From positions 3,776,001 to 3,840,000 of the forward strand of contig OZ244999.1 in the NCBI GenBank assembly GCA_965223265.1: a stretch of DNA of 64,000 nt. Reading direction: 5' to 3'. Below are positions 1 through 7,435 of this stretch, one piece after another. Source of the DNA: Planctomycetota bacterium. Lineage in GTDB: Bacteria > Planctomycetota > UBA8108 > SXIK01. The translations under genes and the position numbers were made by a program. The notes under the pieces were generated by a model, which was given only the letters and a program-made list of their open reading frames with translations, searched no databases and was not told the DNA's origin. Position 1 is the stretch's first letter, and each line of letters begins with the position of its first letter.

Positions 1-212
1 TGGAAGACCTTGCCGCGAAACGGACGCACAATGCCAAGGAGCGCGCTGACCAAAGTCGACTTTCCAGCACCGTTGGGCCCCACCACGGCCCAAAACTCGC
101 CACGAGAAACTTCCATGCTCACGGATTCGAGTACCGCTTTACGGCCATAGCCGAGAGATACTCCGTTGAGTCTAACAAGCCACTCCTGGTCTGGAACTTC
201 CGAAAGCTTCAA
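1..212 (-). CDS. znuC: Metal ABC transporter ATP-binding protein (ZnuC/MntA-like), 5' part; runs off window start
   Basis: Manual translation from TTG at 212 (overlapping the upstream TGA): MKLSEVPDQEWLVRLNGVSLGYGRKAVLESVSMEVSRGEFWAVVGPNGAGKSTL, with Walker A GPNGAGKST; directly follows the ZnuA-like gene. Confidence 0.85.
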   Translation of the reverse strand, partial: MKLSEVPDQEWLVRLNGVSLGYGRKAVLESVSMEVSRGEFWAVVGPNGAGKSTLVSALLGIVRPFRGKVF

Positions 213-1291
213 GGCTCCCCCCCGAGCCGACTCTTCTCCAGCGCATTGACCAGTTGGCGTACGTTGTAGTCGAACACACCTACGTACCCGTCAGCGCCTT
301 TTCGAGAGCCTGACTGGTGTGCCATCTCTACTACAGAGGTGCCCGCGTGGTGCGCCACGAATTCCGCGTGGCGCGGGTTGAAGTACGCGCAAGAGAGAAC
401 GGCCGCGACCTTCTGCTCACGCGCGCCCCTAATGACTTGGCCCAGGTGACGTGTCGTCGGAGTGAGTCCAGGCTTGGGTTCAAGGAAGGCGACGACTTCA
501 AGCCCGAACCGCCCCGTCAAGTAAGGCCATGTGTCGTGGTCAGCTACGCAGCGGGTCCCGTAGTACGGCCATAGAGCGCCGACCCAGCCCCCCAGAAGGT
601 CCTTCTGTTTTTCCTTCTCGAGAAAGTTGACGAACCGCGCTACGCCTCCACGCTCCAAAAGCTTCAAGAGTTTCGGTACGTCTTCTCGTTTGTACTTGTT
701 GACCAATTCCTTCCCGAATAGCGATTCCGCGACTCGGGTGCGAAACGCATCGAGGCGCTCAGCAAAGGCTTCTCTTTTTTCTGGGCGCAGATCCGAGAAG
801 CGCTTCGCCAGGAGCGTCGCGACTCGCAGTCCGTTCAGCGGGTCGAGCAGATAGTGCGGGTTACCGTGACCGTGAACGTCGCCCATTGCTCGACTGACCG
901 GTGTCTTCGGAACGGCGAGCGGTTGGACGGCTCGAGAGGCGTCGACATACCCTTCCCCCCCGGGACGCACCCTGGGATTTCGAGCTGTTCTTAGCAGTTG
1001 AGGAGCCCAGCCCACTTCCAGTTCGAGTCCGATCGCGACAAAGACGTCCGCGTTGTGGATCGAACGGACGAAACTGGGTCGTGCCACGATCGTGTGCGGG
1101 TCCTGCGGACCTTTCGTGAGGACCGTGACCTGTACATCGTTGCCTCCTACAATTCTCGCGAGGTCCCCAAGATCGGGGACCGTAGCGCACACTGCAAGTT
1201 TCGCCTCTTCAGCCTGCGAGGTACCGGAGAACAGCACCGTGAACAGAGCCAGCAGAGCGAGTCGGGTCTGATTTGTGTTACTCCGTCTCAT
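209..1291 (-). CDS. znuA: Metal ABC transporter substrate-binding protein (ZnuA/TroA family; Zn/Mn/Ni/Co)
   Basis: Signal peptide; QDPH, GLELE, DVHGHGNPHYLLDP, HDTWPY and EPKPG motifs typical of cluster A-I metal-binding proteins. Confidence 0.92.
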   Translation of the reverse strand: MRRSNTNQTRLALLALFTVLFSGTSQAEEAKLAVCATVPDLGDLARIVGGNDVQVTVLTKGPQDPHTIVARPSFVRSIHNADVFVAIGLELEVGWAPQLLRTARNPRVRPGGEGYVDASRAVQPLAVPKTPVSRAMGDVHGHGNPHYLLDPLNGLRVATLLAKRFSDLRPEKREAFAERLDAFRTRVAESLFGKELVNKYKREDVPKLLKLLERGGVARFVNFLEKEKQKDLLGGWVGALWPYYGTRCVADHDTWPYLTGRFGLEVVAFLEPKPGLTPTTRHLGQVIRGAREQKVAAVLSCAYFNPRHAEFVAHHAGTSVVEMAHQSGSRKGADGYVGVFDYNVRQLVNALEKSRLGGEP

Positions 1292-1309
1292 CCTTTAACC
1301 TCCCGTTCT

Positions 1310-2716
1310 TCACATCGAGTGAGCTGGGTGCTTTCCGATCAACACTTCGAAGCCAAGCCATACCGAGTGAGCGTCATCCGCAAGGTGATCGGCCTGATCG
1401 AAGTTGTATTGCAGTCGCACGCGAGAGAAGTGAGTTGGCGTCCAAACAATCACGGGCGAGAGACGTTGGCGCTCGTCGCGAAACGGGTCCATGCTGCGCC
1501 CGCCGACGCTCGGTCCATCGCCCGAAACGAATTCGTAGCGCAGACCCGCCGACCAGTCTCTCAAAAATCCCCAGAGAAGTTGTGTGTACAGCCCCCAATC
1601 TCCGAGATCTTCTCCAGGGAGATCAGTGGCCTGGCCGTCGATTTTGTAATCTCGACGCATGATCTCGGATTGCCATGAGACGAACGGCCAACCCCGGTCG
1701 TTGTCGATAGGTTGCCACTTGAGTAAGAAATCCCCTCCGTAGATGACCGTGCGGCCTCCGGAGCCACTGGCGTTGGGACCGACAAGCCCGGAGAGCCCGA
1801 CAGAGGTCGACACCTCATCCGAGACGTCCCACGCGTTCTCCCAACGGCCGAGCCACACAAGGTCTCCAAGGCTCCGAACATCCTGGTCCTGGAATTCAAT
1901 CCCACCGACGGCGCGATCTTCGAAGAATTCGTCGCTTGCCAGGAAGCTGGCCATGGTCTCTCCGTTGGCGTTCTGCAAACCGAAATGGAACTGAGAGAAC
2001 CAGGGCAGGGGAGTCAGCCAGCCAATCCGCGCACCTGGCCCCCGCATCCCGTCAGGGCCAAAGACTCGCGAATTGATCACGGGTTGGTCAAGCCAATCCC
2101 AGGCGTGGGGGTGCCGCGGATTAATTCTCCCAAACTCCGTGAACATCTGCCCGATTTCGAGTTCGAGCCCGTACTCTTCAAGTCCGAATGGAAGCTGCTG
2201 CGTCGTCAGAAATGCTTCCTCGAGTTCCAAGACCGATTCGCCCTCGATTGGGTCGATGAAGTAGATCAGGTGCGCTTCGGCAGTGAAGAAGGGGTCTACA
2301 GCTCCGAGGAGTGAGAGCTCGAGATTCTGTAGCGTGAACCCTCGTTTGCGCGGGTCGTGACCGCCACCTTGCAGAGACCCAAGCGAGGAGTCTCGTTCCG
2401 TCGAGCTGCCGACGGCGAACAGCAAATCAACAGAAAGGTCAGTGAGTCGAAAGGTCACCGGGCCTGACTGGTAGCGCGCAATGTCGTCAGACGCGGACGG
2501 GAGGCTCTGAAGAGCACGGTCGAGAGACGAATCGCTTTGGTCAAGCTCATCGTCGAAAGAGTTCTCTTCCAGTCGGTTCAATTCAAGGTCGATGTTCGAA
2601 GGGCTGGGTTGCTCCTGCGCGTCGGCTGTGGTCGATGGTGACGGTACAAAAACCGTCGCCACCGCCCACGCCACGACGACTACGGAACGCCCTTCGATGG
2701 CATTCATGCGCATCAT
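1310..2716 (-). CDS. Putative outer-membrane beta-barrel associated with zinc uptake
   Basis: Signal peptide, alternating beta-strand pattern, FGRINPRHPHAWDW motif, C-terminal GKHPAH; co-oriented with and 18 bp upstream of znuA. Confidence 0.75.
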   Translation of the reverse strand: MMRMNAIEGRSVVVVAWAVATVFVPSPSTTADAQEQPSPSNIDLELNRLEENSFDDELDQSDSSLDRALQSLPSASDDIARYQSGPVTFRLTDLSVDLLFAVGSSTERDSSLGSLQGGGHDPRKRGFTLQNLELSLLGAVDPFFTAEAHLIYFIDPIEGESVLELEEAFLTTQQLPFGLEEYGLELEIGQMFTEFGRINPRHPHAWDWLDQPVINSRVFGPDGMRGPGARIGWLTPLPWFSQFHFGLQNANGETMASFLASDEFFEDRAVGGIEFQDQDVRSLGDLVWLGRWENAWDVSDEVSTSVGLSGLVGPNASGSGGRTVIYGGDFLLKWQPIDNDRGWPFVSWQSEIMRRDYKIDGQATDLPGEDLGDWGLYTQLLWGFLRDWSAGLRYEFVSGDGPSVGGRSMDPFRDERQRLSPVIVWTPTHFSRVRLQYNFDQADHLADDAHSVWLGFEVLIGKHPAHSM

Positions 2717-2814
2717 GGCGGCTCCAATAGGTTCGCTGTCGGACGACGTTCAGCAACTGAACAGGCCCGGAATGAGGAAGTTAGCCACGCTCTAAGCGCA
2801 GCGAGAACAACTCG

Positions 2815-3186
2815 TCAGCAAACCGGTGGAGCGCGCGGCGTACCGATGCTCAGGTCGATACGCCGGACGAGGAGAACGGAAACCGCGCGGCAGCACGTGA
2901 GGTCCGAGAGCCCAAAGTGTGGGGCGATGAACGCGGCGATGATTCCATAAGACGACGAGCTCTCTAGTGCCTTGCAGACTGGGCATGCGGATTGGCCGTG
3001 GTCATGGTCATGGCCATGGACCGGGGCGCCAGCGACCACCGATTGGTTGCAGCTGCCGCAGCTACCGTCGTGTGGACCGTGCGCCAACGGCACGAGTGTG
3101 CTCGCAACAAACCCAACGAGCGCCAAGAGGCGCACGACGAGAGGAAATCGGCTCTGATGCTCTGTAGACTGCGACACGGTAGCCAA
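2815..3186 (-). CDS. DUF2946/CruR-like metal-sensing leader protein ending in RAPP (start uncertain: TTG 3186 or GTG 3177)
   Basis: Hydrophobic N-terminal segment ending LAH, CGSC, HGHDHDH, CPVC and C-terminal PRAPP-VC*; first gene of the metal-uptake operon. Confidence 0.75.
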   Translation of the reverse strand: MATVSQSTEHQSRFPLVVRLLALVGFVASTLVPLAHGPHDGSCGSCNQSVVAGAPVHGHDHDHGQSACPVCKALESSSSYGIIAAFIAPHFGLSDLTCCRAVSVLLVRRIDLSIGTPRAPPVC

Positions 3187-3539
3187 GAGGATAGCAGATT
3201 CTGAACGAAAGTCGAAGGTCCTCCCTGGATTTGACGGGCGCAGATAAAACTTGTTGAACTGAGTCGCTGCGCGTCGGGAGGGGCGACCGAAAGCGCTTTG
3301 TGGGCAGTTCGGTAGCCACGGCCAAACTCAAGCACAAGGCGGTCGAGTGAAAGCTTTACGCCGCCGGGCTGCGGACGGCGAGAAACTCTGCAGTCTCGGC
3401 ACCCAAACTGACGTCGACAGCGACAGAATGGCCGTCCACATCCAGCAACGGACGGGCGGAAGTCGCGTTGTGCGATGCTGTCCGATCGCACTCATCGTGA
3501 ATCGGAGGCCAGACCGTTCGCTCTATCGCCCCCTCGGCT

Positions 3540-3653
3540 TCAGTCGGAAGTCAGAGCTCTCCAAACGACAACGCCAAGGAACACCACGGCCAAGAGGATG
3601 GCGAGCACGCCCAGTACGATGAGCACGAGTTCAACGGGACCTGGGATGAACAT
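3540..3653 (-). CDS. 37-aa single-transmembrane microprotein with TatA-like N-terminus
   Basis: Manual translation MFIPGPVELVLIVLGVLAILLAVVFLGVVVWRALTSD*; GAAGGTG SD-like sequence before the ATG; below the ORF-track cutoff. Confidence 0.6.
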   Translation of the reverse strand: MFIPGPVELVLIVLGVLAILLAVVFLGVVVWRALTSD

Positions 3654-3752
3654 GTGGCACCTTCAGACTCTGCGGTTGCCAACAATCAACAGAGCGGATG
3701 CGGTGCTTCCGATGTCTTCCTGCAGAGAAGTCGTCTGAAGTGGGAGTCATTT

Positions 3753-4139
3753 TCATTCGCTTGCGGAATTCACGCTCGCCGCGCTCAGATGCTCGGCGAG
3801 CAGCATCCAAGCGCCGCTCTCTCGCACCAGGACGCCTGTACCTCTCCCGGACCCGCTCGCCGGGCGCTCATCAATCCGTCCGCTCCATGTGAAATCGAAC
3901 GTGTAGACCGCGATCGGCTCATCTCGTCGAATCCAGTGCAGGTTCAACATCCGGTATGTATCCCCCTGAATCGACGCGAAGTTGCGCTCGAACGCTTGCC
4001 GCACTGCCTCCTTGCCGCGGTGAACAGCTCCGGTGGAAAACGTCACGCACGCGTCCGCATGGACCAGAGGCTCAACCTGCTGCCAATCCTGCGCCTCTAA
4101 GGCGGCTGCATAGGCGCAAAGGAAGTCGTCGGGACTCAC
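3753..4139 (-). CDS. NTF2-like/SnoaL-like (DUF4440) protein
   Basis: AYAAALEAQDW...HRGKEAVRQAFE...GRGTGVLVRESGAWMLLAEHLS pattern; GTG 4139 taken as start. Confidence 0.8.
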   Translation of the reverse strand: MSPDDFLCAYAAALEAQDWQQVEPLVHADACVTFSTGAVHRGKEAVRQAFERNFASIQGDTYRMLNLHWIRRDEPIAVYTFDFTWSGRIDERPASGSGRGTGVLVRESGAWMLLAEHLSAASVNSASE

Positions 4140-4351
4140 GGTCCGCCGATCCCCAACGCTGACCTGTCGACTGAGATGACGACGTCGCTCTTCATTGCAC
4201 CATACTCCCACAGCGGTCAGGCCGAGTTCTTGAAAAAAGCTGAGAAAGTCTGAAACTTGAACTCAACGCGCTGGACTGTACTAAGAAGGCGCACTTGCTG
4301 CGCCTCCTGCACGTATCGCAACCGCCATCGCTCTCAAAAAGGGGGGATCCC

Positions 4352-5185
4352 GTGAACCGCACCGCACTCCTTTCCAGCTTGGCCCTTTGCGTCGCCGCCA
4401 TCGCCGTCCTGCATACCGTCTATGTCACTCATTTAGCACAGTCGCTGCAGGTTCCGGGCGAACTCATGTCGCTCGAGTCGGAACTTGAGCAGACACGTGA
4501 CGTGCTCACGACACTGGAGAGCAAGCTCGATCAGCTCGGCTCTCAATTCCTGAACGTTGGCGGCACCACAGCGGTCAGCGCCGTGGCAGCAGAGCTCCCT
4601 CCGGCGGCGGTACCGGTCGCTACGTCGACAATCAGCCCAAAGCTGGATGAAATCGCTGGACACATCGAGACGCTCGTGGCACGCGTCGACGAGCTCAGCG
4701 CCCAAGCGGCGGCGATTCCGATGCCACTGCCATCTCCCAGCGGTCGAGCCAGCGAGACACCGGAGGCTCGCGCCCAGATCGTCGCTGACGGTCAGACCGT
4801 AGCGGAGGATCGGTCGCTCACGCCGCAGGAACGGCTGGGGGCCCTGCGGGCGCTACGATTTCGCGACGGTCGGTCTCACGAAGTGACGCTGGCGATGATC
4901 GAGTTGATTGAAGACCCTAGTCTCACGCCACCACTGCGCGCTGACATCGTTCGCCAACTCGACGAGGTGACGTTCGAAGAGTTGAAGGCTCCTCTCCTTC
5001 ACATCATTGCATCGGACCCTGACGTCGAAACGCGGTCCGAGGCCGTCGAGACGCTGCAGCCTTTCTACGACGACCCAGCCGTCTACGATGCGGTCGTCCA
5101 CGTGCGCGATCATGACACAAGCCATGAAGTCCGTCGTGAAGCCATGCGCAGACTGCAGCAGTTCGATGAGTGGTCCACGCGCTGA
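4352..5185 (+). CDS. Membrane-anchored coiled-coil/HEAT-repeat protein
   Basis: N-terminal TM, heptad coiled coil, Pro/Ala linker, HEAT-like DPDVETRSEAVETL and HEVRREAMRRL; purine-rich SD before GTG 4352. Confidence 0.7.
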   Translation: MNRTALLSSLALCVAAIAVLHTVYVTHLAQSLQVPGELMSLESELEQTRDVLTTLESKLDQLGSQFLNVGGTTAVSAVAAELPPAAVPVATSTISPKLDEIAGHIETLVARVDELSAQAAAIPMPLPSPSGRASETPEARAQIVADGQTVAEDRSLTPQERLGALRALRFRDGRSHEVTLAMIELIEDPSLTPPLRADIVRQLDEVTFEELKAPLLHIIASDPDVETRSEAVETLQPFYDDPAVYDAVVHVRDHDTSHEVRREAMRRLQQFDEWSTR

Positions 5186-5272
5186 GGTCAGGGGCGCTGA
5201 AGTTAGGCAACGAGGGAGGCACCGGATACCACGAGCTGGGCCGCTTGTTTCCGCACTTCGCCCGGCGGTGCG

Positions 5273-6370
5273 TCACTGCTGGCGGTACTCCTTGAGAACT
5301 CGCGCCACCAGCGCTCGATGAAACGTCTTCAGATCGGCGTCGTAAAACTCCCGCACGAGCCGTTCGATCGTCCGCCTTGGTTTCAGACGGACTTGTCGAA
5401 TCACGTCGTTCTCATCTTCGGGACGAGCGCCGGACATGCGCATCAGCGCCCGCAGCAGCTTCTCGCGCGAAGCGCGTTCACCGCCGATTTCACCCTCGGC
5501 GAAAAAGTCAACGACGGCATAGCAGAGCCCGTACCATCGCGCAACTGAGTTGTCGCCGCGGCCGAAACCGCGACGCGCGTCCAAGAACTTCAGGAAGTCG
5601 GGGTAGGCCTGGATCCAGCTCAGTGCGTTGCGGCAGTTCGCCTCAAGCTTCTGGCGCTCGGTCGTCCGAAAGTAGCGGTAGTACTCCGTACTCAAACGGC
5701 TGGTGAAATGGGTGGCAAGCCCTTCCTCCAAGACTGGCGGCAACGTTCGGCCGAAGTAGATCGAATTGAGGTAGTGCACACACTCATGATAAAAGGCCGC
5801 CTGCATGAGAAGCTCGCGATCCTTGAGCACGCGGGCGTACGGCGGCAGGTACCACTCGACGCGTCCCATCAGCTTTCTTTTGAAGGGATCCTCGTCGGCG
5901 ATCATGTAGTGCCCTCCCGAGGTGACGCTGCCGCCAGCTTTGCGATAACGCGTTTGGCTGTCGTAGGCGATGAATTCGAGCGAGTGCTCAGTGAAGAGTT
6001 CCTCTATACCGTCGTAGTCTTGGCGTAACGCCAAGAGGGTGGACTCGACGCGTTCGAGGAGCACTTGATCGGGCATCTTCAGATTTCGCCGAAAGTGCGC
6101 CCGGTCGATCAACCGCAGCCTCACCTCCTCGCCGACGCCGAATTCCCGCAGGAGCTCAGTGGCGCGCACCGCCGACCGATCGCCAGGGTAATCGCGGACG
6201 ATGCGCTCGAGGAGAGAGATTCCCTTCTCGTAGCGCTTCGTGTTGAGAATCTTGGCCGCGCGACGCAGATCTCGCCGCGCCGTTTCGGATGATTTCTCGG
6301 GTGCAGCGGCAACAAATAGCAGCGCGACCGCACCTGCAAGTATCACCAATCGCGTGCGGCACCGAGTCAT
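5273..6370 (-). CDS. Secreted putative gluzincin metallopeptidase-like protein with N-terminal TPR-like helices
   Basis: Signal peptide; YHECVH (HExxH) followed by PPVLEEGLA third-ligand motif. Confidence 0.65.
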   Translation of the reverse strand: MTRCRTRLVILAGAVALLFVAAAPEKSSETARRDLRRAAKILNTKRYEKGISLLERIVRDYPGDRSAVRATELLREFGVGEEVRLRLIDRAHFRRNLKMPDQVLLERVESTLLALRQDYDGIEELFTEHSLEFIAYDSQTRYRKAGGSVTSGGHYMIADEDPFKRKLMGRVEWYLPPYARVLKDRELLMQAAFYHECVHYLNSIYFGRTLPPVLEEGLATHFTSRLSTEYYRYFRTTERQKLEANCRNALSWIQAYPDFLKFLDARRGFGRGDNSVARWYGLCYAVVDFFAEGEIGGERASREKLLRALMRMSGARPEDENDVIRQVRLKPRRTIERLVREFYDADLKTFHRALVARVLKEYRQQ

Positions 6371-6471
6371 TTCGTACCCCTTTCAGGCATCGAGAAGTGG
6401 TGAACGAGGAACGTAGTGGCACCCTGAAGCGGAACTACCCGAGCTGTCATGTGCCACCGTCTGTGACTACC

Positions 6472-6891
6472 TCAGAGAGAATTCGCGTCTGTGGAGAGTC
6501 GCTCATGTTTTCGGAGCGCCATACCGGTCAGGGGTTGCATGCCGAACCGTCGGTAAAATGCCTCAAGTTCTGGGTCGCAAACCAGGTCAGCCATGTACAG
6601 ATGTTCCAGCCGCTGAATCATCCGCCGCATAAGGTGTGACCCGATGCCCCGGCCTCTGAATTCTGGAACGACTTCGATGTAGGAAATGTAAGCTGCGAAC
6701 ACACCGTCTGTCACCGCCGGAACAAAGCGAACAACGCTCTCATTGGTGTCATCGACGGCGAGCACGACGAACGGACTACCATGAAGCAGTCGGAGTAATT
6801 TCTGAGGACTCGGCGGAGCCGTCCAACCCTGAAAGAAGCCCTTGAGCTGCGACTCCTCCAGATGTTCAGGTGAATCGGTATAGTTGATCAT
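6472..6891 (-). CDS. GNAT family N-acetyltransferase
   Basis: EVVPEFRGRGIGSHL acetyl-CoA-binding motif and FYRRFGM. Confidence 0.9.
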   Translation of the reverse strand: MINYTDSPEHLEESQLKGFFQGWTAPPSPQKLLRLLHGSPFVVLAVDDTNESVVRFVPAVTDGVFAAYISYIEVVPEFRGRGIGSHLMRRMIQRLEHLYMADLVCDPELEAFYRRFGMQPLTGMALRKHERLSTDANSL

Positions 6892-6933
6892 CGGTCGCCT
6901 GTGGCGTCGACGTGTCTTTCGGGATGGGCACTC

Positions 6934-7416
6934 TCAAGCCTCTTTCCGAGCATCCGCATTCAACAAGGCGCTGAGGTCGTCGGCAAACATCCGCAGGCAA
7001 GACTGATCGGTGACGAAGTAGTACTGCGCCTGCAACCGCCCGGCACACAAGTCGATCGAGATGACCTGATGGCGGGTCGCGATCACGTCATTTCGAGGCC
7101 CGAAGAAGAGGTCGAACGCTTGACGATGATCGTACGCCAATTTGTGTTGGCCACGCAAAGGTGTAGCCGTCATGGCTTCCAGCGGTAGCTCCACCCACTC
7201 TTTCAAGCGCTGCCGAAGAATGTTCAATGCGCTTTTTTTGAGAAAAAATCCTTCGACGGTGAGCGAGAGTCGTTGGTCATGCCCGCCCTCCCAAAACTCC
7301 CCCTCGATTCGAATCGACGCTTCTTGTACGGAAGTTCCTCTCACGCGTGAGGGGCTCCCAGAACGAATCTCAAATCCGTGCCCGCCGCTATTCGAATGGA
7401 GGACTGCGCGTGTCAT
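6934..7416 (-). CDS. Hypothetical protein
   Basis: Open frame between co-oriented genes; ATG 7416 with GGAAG SD avoids overlap with the upstream gene. Confidence 0.55.
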   Translation of the reverse strand: MTRAVLHSNSGGHGFEIRSGSPSRVRGTSVQEASIRIEGEFWEGGHDQRLSLTVEGFFLKKSALNILRQRLKEWVELPLEAMTATPLRGQHKLAYDHRQAFDLFFGPRNDVIATRHQVISIDLCAGRLQAQYYFVTDQSCLRMFADDLSALLNADARKEA

Positions 7417-7435
7417 CTTCCGTGCCTTCCACGAA

